64,000 nucleotides of DNA from Trichoplax adhaerens (Eukaryota; Animalia; Placozoa). The stretch lies in the NCBI RefSeq assembly GCF_000150275.1, contig NW_002060982.1, forward strand, positions 7,683 to 71,682, given 5' to 3'. The notes under the pieces were generated by a model. The model was given only the letters and a program-made list of their open reading frames with translations. It was not told where the DNA came from and ran no database searches. Made by a program: the position numbers and the translations under genes. Below, piece after piece: positions 1 through 13,128 of this stretch (its first letter is position 1; each line of letters begins with the position of its first letter).

Positions 1-372
1 CTTTTCTTATCATTATTTTACAAGGTATTATATAGATTACTATAGAAGTAGCCCGAGAGCAATTGCCTAATCTAAAGAAAGGGCGTTTGATTGTCTATTC
101 AAATTGCAAAGGAATTCGACTTAGTAGCTAAACCCTATCCTTAGAGAAAGGGGATTTATAACATGACGATAAAGTACTGTAATGTAGTCTATAATCGTAC
201 AGTTACAGTACAATCTGACGCTAACACATCAACTGTCAATACCCAGCGATACTAATGTCAGAAAAGTAGTCGTGATAGTCATATAAAATTTTTTGATTAG
301 CGAGATAGCGAGTACTATATATAATCTTTATAAAATCCGGATTTTTCGGATTCGGATTCCGGAACCGGTCGG

Positions 373-432
373 ATTTATGTCCGATATAATTTTCCTATTT
401 TAATTTATGTTTGATATAATTTTCCTGTTTTA
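373..432. repeat. 30-bp tandem duplication followed by a G10 run
   Basis: ATTTATGTCCGATATAATTTTCCTATTTTA (373) recurs as ATTTATGTTTGATATAATTTTCCTGTTTTA (403). Confidence 0.85.
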
Positions 433-862
433 ATTTGGGGGGGGGGATTTTTGTTCATGAAAAATATCGTAAGAGTTGATTTTTGAAATTCGGACTTTTT
501 GTTATGAATTTGAAACTTTGGAATTTTATGACGTGACTTGAAGTCACATTAGGAGAATTTAGATTTAGTGAGGAAAATAGAAAATAAGATGGAAATTGGC
601 AGAGGTTGTGTTGATTATCAAGTAGTTAGACTGTTGTTATTATGACTAAATCTTGATGTTTAAAGGTTGATTTTTAGACTTTCATAGTGTATTAATGATA
701 GAAATTATATTAGAAGTGAAGTTTGATGTATTTTTATAGTTAGCTTGTTAGTTTTATAGTGTTTTGTAAGGGAATCATAGGGTAAATTGTGTCTGAACTT
801 TGAGTGATTTTTGTTTTCTTAAATGGTGCAAGTAGTGTTCTAAACGGATCTTAAGAGCGATT

Positions 863-952
863 GGTTAGCAAATGTTTAGTTTTAAATATCTCTGACGGCT
901 CTACGAAGGTTAGCAAATGTTTAGTTTTAAATACCTCTGACGACTCTACGAA
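863..952. repeat. 45-bp tandem duplication
   Basis: GGTTAGCAAATGTTTAGTTTTAAATA(T/C)CTCTGACG(G/A)CTCTACGAA at 863 and 908, 2 mismatches. Confidence 0.9.
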
Positions 953-2448
953 GCCTATAAATGATAGTGCAATTAGAAAATTTAGAGAGAGAGTAGAAGA
1001 AGATTTTATTTAAAGAACTTGTTGAATTAAAAAGGCCTTCGGGGTCGAATTGTCGTAAGTTTAAAACGTTCTTCTTTTTGAAAGGTTGTTTGGTCGTTGA
1101 CAGTTTTTTAAGTCTGTCATTTATTTTAATAATACTTAAAACTAAGTATTTGTAAGGTTGTTCGGTTCATACTTCTCTCCATGTTTGTTTTGTAATAAAT
1201 TGTTCGGTTATTCCCCAAATTTTATTTGGTGTCAAAGTTTTGCTAAGTCGACCCGAGTGCAACGAAAGTAGAATCAAAGTTTGTTAAAGTTTTGTAGCTT
1301 GATTTCTACACATTTCATTTCATTACATTATAGTACAGAATTTAAAGTAAGTCACACATTAAACATAAATTTTTAAACCGCAAAAAACTTAATTATATTT
1401 TTAAATAAGGCAAATCGATAGCTTTGACGTTTGTATGAGTTACATTTATTGGTACAGTATTTGAAAAAACTGGAACATAAATTATTATCTCTTAAAAATT
1501 GAATTCCGTAAAGTATTTTCTAAACTTCATGCTAATTCAGATATAAATAAAGGGAATTTACTGTTGTAACTAAAGGATGAAATTAAAATATATACAGAGA
1601 AAAAAATCATAGAAATTATTGAGTTATTGATCAAATTAGACGAAACCGAAATTAAAATTCAATCGAAAATAGGTCAGTTTACTTTAAAGTAGAGTTAAAA
1701 ATGCAATAGTTATCAATAAAAAGATATTATGAACCTATTTACCTATAAAAATATCTACAGCTCCATAATTGACACCATTATTAAGAAATACCAAATAATG
1801 TTATTGAATAAATAAGATATTAGTTGAAGAATGTACATAAATATATCACTGCGCGACAATTAGCTCTTGTTTCATGCAAGATTTGTTTTGTTGGTTACTA
1901 TAAAATAATCCTACAAAGAAAATCAATAGATAAATTCTATCAATACCAAGTCATGCAAAGCTAATGGAAATTATAGAGATACAGTTCAAAATTTTCTGAA
2001 ATCTGATCTTCATTACTTATATCATTTTATCCTCAAACCTTACGAAACATTCGTGATAAATATTAATTGATAATATTCTACCTTTATCTTTATTGCATAA
2101 TTTTTATTTCATAATATTTCAAAGATATCGGTAAGTTTTATTGTAGTGCTATTGACGGAAGAAACATGAAACAATCAATTTTTACTATTAAGGCGCTGAA
2201 TTATCATTTAATTAAGAATGAAATTTGTTAAACAATTCATAATTCAATTTAAGAGTAGCAACTGGTGAAATTTTATGTTTTTAGCGATTGCTATCATATT
2301 TGTTTAGCACATAATTTCGTAATCAATATTATCCTGATTTACTAATTTGTATATTTTAATTAGTGTTCTATAATGAAAGAAACCATTGTCAATTACTTTG
2401 ACAGTTTCCTTGTGTTAAGCTTATCCTATCAGTTTGCAAAATTACAGG

Positions 2449-2996
2449 TGCTGTGGTGTTGCCTTGCCATTAGGATAATTTAATAAGTACAGTAGTAGCT
2501 AGTATGGAGAATATCCATATTTGTAGTGCTAGGTACGATAAGTAAAGCCTTAACATGAATGTTGTTTGTGATAGTTCGTCAAATATTTGATACTGATTGT
2601 TATTGTGTTATAGATAGCAGTAAGATGATTCAAGTGCTAGTTGATGATAGTTGAATTAGACAACCTACGAGCTTAGATTAAGATTAAGTATGAGTAAGAG
2701 ATTCAAACTATTTACTGATAGAAAAGCTATTTAAGGAGCATCTCAGTCGAATTGTTCCTCCTGGTAAGGCATAATAATAATACTGTTGTTTAAGAATTAG
2801 ACGGTTCCTATATAAACGGGAACACTTGAGTTGAGTGGGGTGGTAAAAAATTGTAGATGTATCTTTGCTAATAAAAGTTTCATCTTTACAGTATTTTGCT
2901 GTGTGTATTTAAAGTCAAATAAAAGGGCGTTTAAGTCAGTAGCTACTAATAGACTTTTACTGTACGTTAACTTGTTGCAGAAGTCAAATTGTGACA
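2449..2996 (+). mobile_element. putative solo LTR (about 548 bp)
   Basis: TG...CA ends flanked by ACAGG on both sides (2444-2448, 2997-3001); TATATAAA near 2808 followed by AATAAA near 2870 and 2918. The ends are ambiguous (alternative 2452-2999). Confidence 0.5.
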
Positions 2997-5900
2997 ACAG
3001 GTAACTGTCATAATTTTCTAATCCTGCCCTGCAATAATACGATTACTACGTGATTGCATTAAGAATAGCGGAATTGAATTCTTGCAGAATAGGATACCGT
3101 ACTTAGTATTTATTCTTTACAGTTTTTCTAGAAATGAATAGAAAATCTCTTATTAGTTTACTATTATGAATCGAATCTGGACATATTGTTGCCCGTACTT
3201 TGCCTTTTTTTAAATTATAATTAGATAATTTTTATGTTTAATACATTCTAACCGGCTCAATCTCAGCTTTCTTAATGCCTAACAACCTAATGGCCTTATA
3301 ATTGCTATACATTAATGCACAATTGCTATAATTTTTCTTTCAAGTTGAAAAATTAAATATTTTTTATTGTCTTTTGCCCTCAATTGAAATCGATCTGCTT
3401 AATGCAAACGCTACAGCGTTAGAAACCTCTCTAAATGGAAGACAAGCTTATAAGTTGCCTACAGGCATCTTAAAAATACTGCCCAGAGGAAAAGAAATAA
3501 AACAGATTTTGATGTCTCTTTTTTGGCCTTAACTGAGCTTGATGACGTAGTTAATATAATTAAAAACCTCTAATGTTGCATTAATTCAGCAAAGTAACTG
3601 CTACGGAGTAACTATTGTGTAGCTACGTTAACATAGATTCCAAAAGATATCTTATTTAGGAATATATTTATGTAGTGTTATCTATGACGTTTTACACATT
3701 TTAACAGAGATCTTAGATACATTCAGATAAAACTGACATTAGATTTTTTGTAAGTAGTTTCTGCTTTAGTTTAACTCTTTCCTCGATACAAATTTCGAAT
3801 TATAACAGTAACATTTAAAGTTTATCTTATAAATATATCATCGTATGCTGCAAGCTGTGTCTTAGTATTACTCTAAATAGTGCAAAGTCAGCAGCTATGC
3901 ACATATTTCTACTTCATAGATCAAGGTAACAAATTTTTCATCGCCTAGACCGGAAGCTAATCTATTAAGTGCTTAATTTTAAGTTCAACTTAATCTCCCT
4001 CGATGTTACATCTTTAACGTCTAGTCATGAATGCAATTTTCTTCAATAATGTGATACACTATTATAAACTTTGAATATGGATCTATAAAAAATTGATGCT
4101 CTTTAATCAAACTATACATTGCGCGAGTAAATTGGATATTAAGTACAACTTATAACAACTGCGAATTTTTCATTGAAACCTTAAACAGTAGGCATTCATA
4201 TTAGCTAGTACAATAAATTTAAAGCGCAAAAGACGTCATTTATGATTATGGTATAGCAAATTTACCGGAATTTATAAGAAAGAATCGTCAATACTTCTGT
4301 GATAAGCTAAATAAAGTTTCTTGACATGTCATTACTGGCTTAATATTTTGAATTTTCGTAATAAACTTCAACTGGCTACATAATTTTTCATCAAGAAGCT
4401 GAATTTATCCAATTCTGTTCATCAACGCATTTTAATTTCATAAATAAGTTCTAACACTGATGCTCGCCTGTCCACAGCACATCCACTAATTTCTTTAGCA
4501 GATTTAATAATAGTATAGCGACAAAGCTTATCCTGTAGGTGAGATCATTTCGAAAAGGCGCCCAATGCATTACTTTTCTAGTATTACTAGAAAGGCATGA
4601 GCGTATAAAACAATGAAAAGGTCTTCTAAAAAATTGATCGTAAGGCTTATATATACGCGAGATAAAGAGTCATAAAAATTTTGCTATTGTACACAAGCTT
4701 GATTCGTCTAACAATGCTAGGGACTAAGGTATCTACCTTTAGCCTACAACTGTCTAACTGTTTACAATAAAATCTACGATTTATATACCATTTTTTGGCT
4801 ATATCACGTTGTGGTATACTACTATATGAAGCAATTCTGCTCATGCTGCGGTAGTTTTTGACTAGCAGCTGAATACTATTTCATTGTCGATCACAGTTGG
4901 TGCCATGCATTCAAATTTCTCTCTTTGTGACGCATATTCATTTTTTGATAATATTGTTACATATTAGCTTTCAATAGTAGCTTTTATTACAAAGGGATAA
5001 GAATAATGGTAAATGTCTGAAATCCACATGCTTTATTTTACTGATGGGGTACAACTAATGATCGATGGCTAAAATCAAGAAAATAGGTAAAGAAACCAAA
5101 AAAAATAGTGAATAATATCAATGAGATTCGTGCACGCGATGTTATTCCAAGCAATGCTAATACCTAAGGCGTGCAACCTCAAATGCTTGCTTACGGTGTA
5201 AAATATTTTACTACGTGTATAGCATATTATCCTGAGATGCGGTCATCATTTAATTACTAATTTGACATATAATACAATATCAAATTTTGCTTGCGAATCA
5301 AAGAAAATTTTAGTGGCATATTGTTGTTTATTAAACTATTAATCTAAAATTCATGACAATATTCAAACTCCCGTACTGTTAATAATGACTGTAATATTTT
5401 CTTAAAAGTTATTCTTCGACATATAAAAGCTGTAAATGAACGTATCACCATATTAATGGCAAATTAAAAAAATTAAAGACCAAAACTATCTTTTGAAACT
5501 TGCGGCTATATTTTACCATGCTAACTAACCAAATTATGTTTAATGAACATCAGCCATAAATAGAGCAACCAAAAATACTGCTTAAATACTTTTGTATTGC
5601 AATTCATATTTATAACACATATGATCGTAATAACAAGATTTGAAATGGCAGAGAAGTTTTGGTCATTAAATCTTTTATTACATGACAAACGTAGAAATAA
5701 ATACTAATAACAAGTAAAGGCTTTATTAAATCAACACATCTTTCCAGACATAAATCGAAATTGTAATGACTTAATATAATTTACATTGAAATTTACGTCT
5801 TGTAAAGCTTCACTCGTAACAAGCTTGAACAATTAAATTTATAAACATATCCAATCACTAATAAACGCGGAACTTTCAGATAATTATAATATCAACTGAA

Positions 5901-6291
5901 GCACTTACTTTAAGTATCTTCAATATGCACATTCAGAATAAAAATACTTAACCAACTTTTTTGCAATATGATGTGTACTGTGTAATTACTACTTGAATAT
6001 GAAATTGCCATAGATAATAAATTACTATATACAATTAAAATGTAATTGCTTTAACCAAAGTATATAATGTTTATACAGAATCAGATTCTCTATAATTCGA
6101 AAATCACAATAAATATTTTATTAACAACATTTTCAAAAATTGCCAAATTTCTTACTTCAAAGGCAATATAAATTTTGTAATGAATTGTAATTTAATCTAA
6201 TGAAATTAGTTGCATGCTGGACCACTAGGTAGCAATGTTACCACCTACTGTAGTATTGCAAATATTAGATTTATTTAGCTATACACAGTAA

Positions 6292-7341
6292 TTAAAACTT
6301 ACCTTCGCTTCGTATGTTATCCAGTCGAAGAATTACGTCTATGTGCGAAACTATTAGATTAAAACTTTCTTTCCTAGTCAAATGGTTAGTACGACTTCGA
6401 TGACGGCAAATATTGGCTATCTTTCCCATAACGGACATGATTAATGACTTATACTCATTTTTTAATATTTCGTTTGTCATAGCATAAATGTAAGGATTCA
6501 TAGCTGCATTACAGTAAGCTAGCATAAGTATGATCACCTCCATATACCTATTAACTTCACATTGCCTATCATAAATAATAAGCATAAAAGTGGTAGTAGT
6601 AGTAGTAGCTGCAAGAGGCAACCAACACAAAACATTCGTTCCAACGATCAGAAAGGTAGTCCTAACTGATTTTTTAATACTTCCTAACCCGTCAATTCGA
6701 GAGTTTGATTTATTATAAGCCACATAGAAAATAATCAAATAGCAACAAAAAATTGTGATAATAACTGCATCAGTACCAATTGCTAAAGATACCAGAATAA
6801 TGTAGTTTTCCCAGTTTGCCGATAATGGTAACCAACATAAATTTCGTAATCGATATCTGCCAAAGCCATAACTGGATAACGGCAATAATGGCAAAACTGC
6901 GAGAGGTATAGATATTACATAAGCACAAATGATGAGAAAAGTGTATCGCCATATACTTAAATTTGCTAAATATACATAAGGATTCACGACGGCGATGCAT
7001 CTATCAATCGTAATAGCAGCTGACATTAGTAATGATACACCATTAAAGTAGGTAATGATAAAACCTGAAGCTTGGCATAGTGAGTATCCATATTGGTGTA
7101 ATGATGTGATTATTAAACAAGGCAAAGCAATACCACCAATACATAAATCTATGATATTTAACGAAATTAGTAAGATGTTTTTAGTATCTCGCAGGCTCGG
7201 CCTGCGAGAAATAACGGTCAAGTTTAGAATATTACCGAATACAGAAAGTATACAAATTGAGACTAAAATAGGAATATAAAACTCATATTCTACGTTTTGA
7301 AGAGTATGGTGACTTTCATTAAGATAAGAAGAGTTATTCAT
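6292..7341 (-). CDS. Rhodopsin-class (class A) GPCR, single coding exon, 349 aa
   Basis: Seven hydrophobic segments; GN in TM1, DL in TM2, Cys at top of TM3, DRC (DRY variant), CWLP in TM6, NPYIY in TM7, N-terminal N-glycosylation sequons. Confidence 0.95.
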   Translation of the reverse strand: MNNSSYLNESHHTLQNVEYEFYIPILVSICILSVFGNILNLTVISRRPSLRDTKNILLISLNIIDLCIGGIALPCLIITSLHQYGYSLCQASGFIITYFNGVSLLMSAAITIDRCIAVVNPYVYLANLSIWRYTFLIICAYVISIPLAVLPLLPLSSYGFGRYRLRNLCWLPLSANWENYIILVSLAIGTDAVIITIFCCYLIIFYVAYNKSNSRIDGLGSIKKSVRTTFLIVGTNVLCWLPLAATTTTTTFMLIIYDRQCEVNRYMEVIILMLAYCNAAMNPYIYAMTNEILKNEYKSLIMSVMGKIANICRHRSRTNHLTRKESFNLIVSHIDVILRLDNIRSEGKF

Positions 7342-9947
7342 AGCTGGAAACTTTATTTTTTGATCATGATAGAAGCGATTTCAAATTTTAGATTAATGCA
7401 TTTCAATAATTAAGGATATGTTATAGAAATGAATTGAATAAACCCTGTACTAAAATGACGGCTCATTCGTAAGTTCAATGGGTCTTCATACAACCAGTTC
7501 AGAATTTGCAAACACTTTTAAAAATTTATCAAATTAAACAATAAAATTAAACAATAAGTTCTCGAGGCAAATAACTAGCAAAAATAATATCATTGTCTGC
7601 TTTCATTTCATTTAATATTATTAATGATTTTGACGGCGTTGCTATAGTGATGCAATAAACTGGATCAGGAATGTAATAAATTGCGGCTTTGGCATATATA
7701 GTGAGGTACCCTATTAATTTAACTACATTAAGAGCTATGGTGGATATAGTTGAGTTTTTAAGAATAAATATTATATTGATACTAACATTCGACGATTGGT
7801 AATTACTAAATCATAAATTGTTAATTACAAATATTAGCCGGTTAGCTAGGTATGATAAATATATCCACGTGACCAAATGCACAGCTTTCATAAATATGCT
7901 TAGCAGCTTACAGTTTTGAACATTAATAAAATAGTAATCATATTTCAAGCCGACTGATTTATTATTTAAAACACATCGATGATCTATTTGAAGAAAAGTC
8001 TTCCGTTGATGAGTCAGGCCTGATTAAAAGCAAATATTTTACTCTAAATGGATTAAACGAAATGCATTTAAAAGCTGTAGAGATGAGCTTGAAGTTATTT
8101 TCACTCTTTGGAGCGTAAGATACTTTAAATTAGATTCCTGTTCTAATTAGCCATGGCTCTACTATTCTTAAACTCTATAGCAAAAGCCTTTTCTTAGTTC
8201 TATGTTTATTAAGACAATTATTTTTGTATGATAATTTCATTACAGCATGTCATCTTGAATAAACATTTATTTAATCATCTTCAGTTAGTATTCAATAAAC
8301 TTACAGGTATTTGCATAAAATTTATAGTTCCGCAAAGGACAGGGTGTCATTGCCTCTAGACTTTTTTTCGTATAAGAGCAACCTGTATTGATTTCATCTG
8401 ATTTCATAAAATACCTTACATTGCTTGAATTGAATACAATTAAGTTAAAGTTTTCTATTAACATCTAATAATACTTCAAAAGCATTGCAGCAACGTAAAG
8501 TATAGCATAAATTACACTAGTGCTAAATAGGAGCGGTATAAGGTCCTATGCCGTATTGCTTATTATTAAGTAGTGGTAACGTTTGAAAGATGAATATAAA
8601 CGATGTACGGAAACGAATTAATAAGTAATAATTATTTATGATTAATGTATTAATCAATTCTGGAAGATAATAATTGAATAAAGAAACAAATGTATATTAA
8701 TAAGGCTCAATTAAGCATTCTCCATACGTAAAAATTGTAGAAAATAAAAAATACATGTAGTTTAGGCTGCCTGAATCATCCATTAAAAATTACCATTTTT
8801 CTTAAAGTTAAGCACTTGATTAAATTTTTTTACATTTGAACGATAGCAATAATATAGCAAACTGAGGCATTTGTATCAAAATATGGTAAATTGAAGTTAC
8901 ATCTTTAAATAATTACATTTCAAAAAGCCAAATTGAAAGTTTGTAATTTATTCTCTTTCTTGACACTGTTGTAAAATAAATTGAGCAAGTCCTAGCGATT
9001 TCATCTTTTCAATTTTCAAAAATTGTGATCGCATGTTTATCCAACAAATCAATTCTATAGTAACTAAAGACACAAAATAATTTTTAACTGATATAAACCG
9101 AACTCCGTTTCTCAACATTGAGTAAAATTCACATGTTGTGCACATGCATTTATTCAACTAGTCTACAAAAGTAGTGTAATTTCAACGACCAGGATATACT
9201 GGTACATTTTTATATACATCTCCTATAAATACATGACAGTATATCGTGTAACTGAAGAAAAATATATTAAATTTCAGAGATTAAATAATTAGTTGGTAGA
9301 TTTGTAACAAGAAAATATTTCAGCATATTTACTAACTTGACCCTTTTTTTCTGCAATAAATCTTGCAAAAGGATACCTCATGTATCCAGTTATACATCTT
9401 TGCTAAATGTTGACAACTATTAGACAGTTTTCTGGCCAAATCAAAAGAAAGTAATCCGAATATAATAGCATTCATCTGAGACTTTTTACATTAGAAACTG
9501 CATAATGTAACAGTATTGCCATTACCAATCGATATTTTATCATAATATCGCCTTGCTCATTTGCTTAATCAATAATTAATCTGTTGTCTTATCCTACACA
9601 ATTTAGTGAGCGAAGAATGAGTTTAATTCTGCACATTTGAATCACCGTGAACAATAAATACTAAAAGAAATTACTTTTATTTTTAAGACGGTATTCGAGA
9701 AGACCTTTAAATACCGGATGGGAATTGTTCTATTATAATTCTAATATTTGATATCATTTCCAGAAATAATTTCCTTTTTCTTTAGTAATTATTATGACAT
9801 GTAGGTTTGTACATGTAGATGCTGAAAGTTTGGCACTCATTTTAGCTAAAAGCCATTACAATGTAATCAATTTCAGTTTGTACAAATTCAGTTTCTGGGA
9901 TAGTTTTTATTCATTTAGTGAATCAAGTTACGTTCTATTTAGACAAG

Positions 9948-10364
9948 TGTAATAAAGTGTCTATCGAAACGCAACGACTTCCACAACTAGAAGGAAAATC
10001 ACTTTATTACAATAATTACGTCTTCTACCAAGGACTAGATTATCTATGGCTACTCTGTCTTCGGAGATAAAATCTCCTGCTTATATACAATTGTGTACAG
10101 AGTATCTTCGTGACACATAAATCATTATCTACCTTAATAAGGCTAACATCACACCTCTAGCGTACCTGCAGGTGCCAAGCAGTATGACTAATACCTTTTA
10201 CAATCCGTATTGCAATTACTAATACAAATCCTCACATATTTAATCTCACTCTACGATCTAGCACCTATACAAGTGTATCTATCTTAATTAGCCTAGTAAT
10301 TACGTCATGCACGATATTCACACATACTGTATATAATCTTAAGCTATATTTGGGCTGCACTACA
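9948..10364 (-). mobile_element. solo LTR (417 bp) with 5-bp TSD ACAAG
   Basis: TGTAAT...ACTACA termini; ACAAG at 9943-9947 and 10365-10369; minus-strand TATATAAG near 10088 upstream of AATAAA near 10008; related copy at 20609. Confidence 0.85.
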
Positions 10365-10446
10365 ACAAGATAAGATAAAGATTTAAATTTAAGAAATTGT
10401 AAGAATAAACAAACCTTGAAACCCTATTAGTTGATATATACGTTAC

Positions 10447-10815
10447 TGTCATACACCACTAGTGACAAGGTAGTCTACACACGCCAATCCTTGCAGAGAA
10501 CCCCACTTACTAACTTAAAGAGGCGAGATTAGCTATATCACCAAATAAATAATTCAGGTCCAACGACGGAATACTATGATATAATTATAGCGTCACAGAT
10601 AGTGCAGACGAGATAGTCAGAGATTTACTATCATTTATTACTGAAGGAATCTTGGCATCCAAGATTATAGTCTTTGCAATTAAATTGCAATTGATAAACT
10701 AGTTGACTATTTAACCGACTAATTAACTAAAAAAGGAATCTTCAGGCACCAGCCTTTTATAGTCTCGTCAGAAACTCCCGGTGCACATAAACAAAACTAT
10801 CCTTTTAAAGTAACA
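10447..10815 (-). mobile_element. solo LTR (369 bp) with 5-bp TSD GTTAC
   Basis: TGTCAT...GTAACA termini; GTTAC at 10442-10446 and 10816-10820; minus-strand TATAAAAG near 10761 then AATAAA near 10639. Confidence 0.7.
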
Positions 10816-12717
10816 GTTACAAAACACAGTATCTGCAACTTTACAGGTACCTTCATGATATGAAACATTTACCAGCAATTAAAATGAAGTTAATGCCAAG
10901 ATTTTTTTCCAAAATAAGTATGCATGTGTTACCGGCCTAAATTTGAAGAGATTAGCAACATAGGTTGAGAATATAATTTAAAGTCATTCACTGCCACTAA
11001 AAACTAATCGAAATTAGCTTATACCATAGTGCCGTTAGGCAATGAAACGCGCTAGAAAATATCTTTTGTAGTCAGATCTCTAGTCGACTGACTTTGACAA
11101 TAAATAAAGACTTCAACTTACAACGCAGTTACAAATCTAATTTCATAGCCGAGAGCAAATGTTTCAATAGATATTTTAATGATATAGCCGGTTTAACTTC
11201 TTAAAGCCTCGTTTGCTACAGTTTAACCATTTATAGATGATAAATCACTCAAAATTTTCCAGTTAGGAGTTCTTAAACTATATAATAATCCTGTTAAATA
11301 CAGATTTAACAGGGGAAACATTCACGATAATTCTTGCTGGTTATCTAACACATTTAGTATAAGATTTTAATCTAGAACATTTAAAATATACACACAAGCT
11401 TCCCAACCAGGTTTATAACACCTCAGTAGATAAAATATCAGCTAAACTAGTTTCTAACGTCTATATACATGCTTTTAGGTTATATTTAGTAATGGAATAA
11501 AATAAGAATCGAGATAATAGTCGCCACCTCCTAACTTAGTTTTAATCCACTGATTCATATATAATAAACTGCTCACGATAATTTGTTACTGTAACTGCAT
11601 ACAAACATATTAACACATTATTTCCAATATAACATAAATTTTTAGTCCCTCTGAATTTGTAATATTGCTCTCATACTCATATAGCATCTATAAAATAAGG
11701 TCATTTTCAACTTTATTCTATCTATTAGCCTCCTTTCCTTTAACAGCAGGAAGTGTGAACGTAAAGGACATTGATCAAAACAGTAATATATACAATCCAT
11801 TTTTTTATAGCAATCTAATGGAAAATGGTTCACATACTAGCAAAATCACAAAATAATAGTCTTAATCAATATTGCTGTTAGTATCCCAAATAGCGAATGT
11901 CAATATGCGGCTGTAATATTATCGTTGACCTTCGACATCTTATCGTAATATTTTCAATACCCGGTCATTGGCATCATCAATGATTAATCTATATTCAAAC
12001 TAGATCTTTAAGACAAGTTGTCTAGACTGCAGTTGTCACACAAAAATATATTTTTAACCCTCCGTAATTAGTCAAGCTAGTTAACTTATCTAGAAGCTTA
12101 TTACTAATTAGAACTATCATCTAATTTTTGTTTCCTTACTGATATGGTATCATTACAACTTTTTATCTTACAAATATTTTCCTGATGAAATTAAGAAACT
12201 ATACCTAAGGCAGATGGAGCTTTAAGTTCTTCCTATACAGTAGCACAGCAACGCTTTGTTGAAAGCAATCTCTTGTATACAGATATTTTCTTAAAAAATT
12301 GATTCATAAATAATTCAGTTAACGTTTTCAATAAGAAAAAAAATAATAACAATACTTCAGTTCTAGTTTTGAGAAATTCTGCAATACGATGACGTATTGA
12401 CCGCGTACGAAAAGTTGATAATATTGGAAGTAATAATTAAAATAATTTTCCTGATTATTAGTATACCTATGTAGAGCATATTATGTATTGACCTTACTTG
12501 AATGAGGTTTTAAGAACTGAAAATGAATGATAACGAAAATTTTAGCGATGATTATAGACTCTAAAAATAAATACAATTACTTGATTTAAAAAATTCTCAA
12601 GTATTGCGCAAGTATTAGCCTTGGATATGAAAAATATTGTCAATTTAGACATTCAAAACAATTGAATTTCTGAAGTCTAAATTATGTAGAAAGTTGGTAG
12701 CCTTTTAGAAAGATAGT

Positions 12718-12871
12718 NNNNNNNNNNNNNNNNNNNNNNNNNNNNNNNNNNNNNNNNNNNNNNNNNNNNNNNNNNNNNNNNNNNNNNNNNNNNNNNNNNN
12801 NNNNNNNNNNNNNNNNNNNNNNNNNNNNNNNNNNNNNNNNNNNNNNNNNNNNNNNNNNNNNNNNNNNNNNN
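12718..12871. other. assembly gap (154 N)
   Basis: Run of N. Confidence 1.
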
Positions 12872-13128
12872 TTATATTAGAGTAATTCCTATTGTAAGTA
12901 ACTAGTTGTAATATATTATCGCTATATTATATTCATCAAATTTAGATAGCTATTTCTTCACGGTAGTTCGTACCGTGACATGTATATAGTCATCTATACT
13001 CTAGCAGAGAGCCTATACCACTACAGTCTATAGTTATGGCTACCAAATATCTCTTAGGATAAATATCTACCGTACATTATACTAAACATGGCTAACAGTC
13101 TACAATCACAATACTAAGTTATATTACA
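12872..13128 (-). mobile_element. partial LTR-like fragment next to the gap
   Basis: Minus strand begins TGTAATATAACTTAGTATTGTGATTGTAGACTG, similar to TAGGATTGTGATTGTAAGACTG in the 20609 element; TGTAATATA/TATATTACA inverted repeat at 12907/13128; no TSD confirmed. Confidence 0.4.

Noticed and set aside
6770-7279. Short ORFs overlapping the GPCR (also 15761-16024 and 21967-22158)
   Set aside because: Alternative-frame or antisense shadows of real coding sequence
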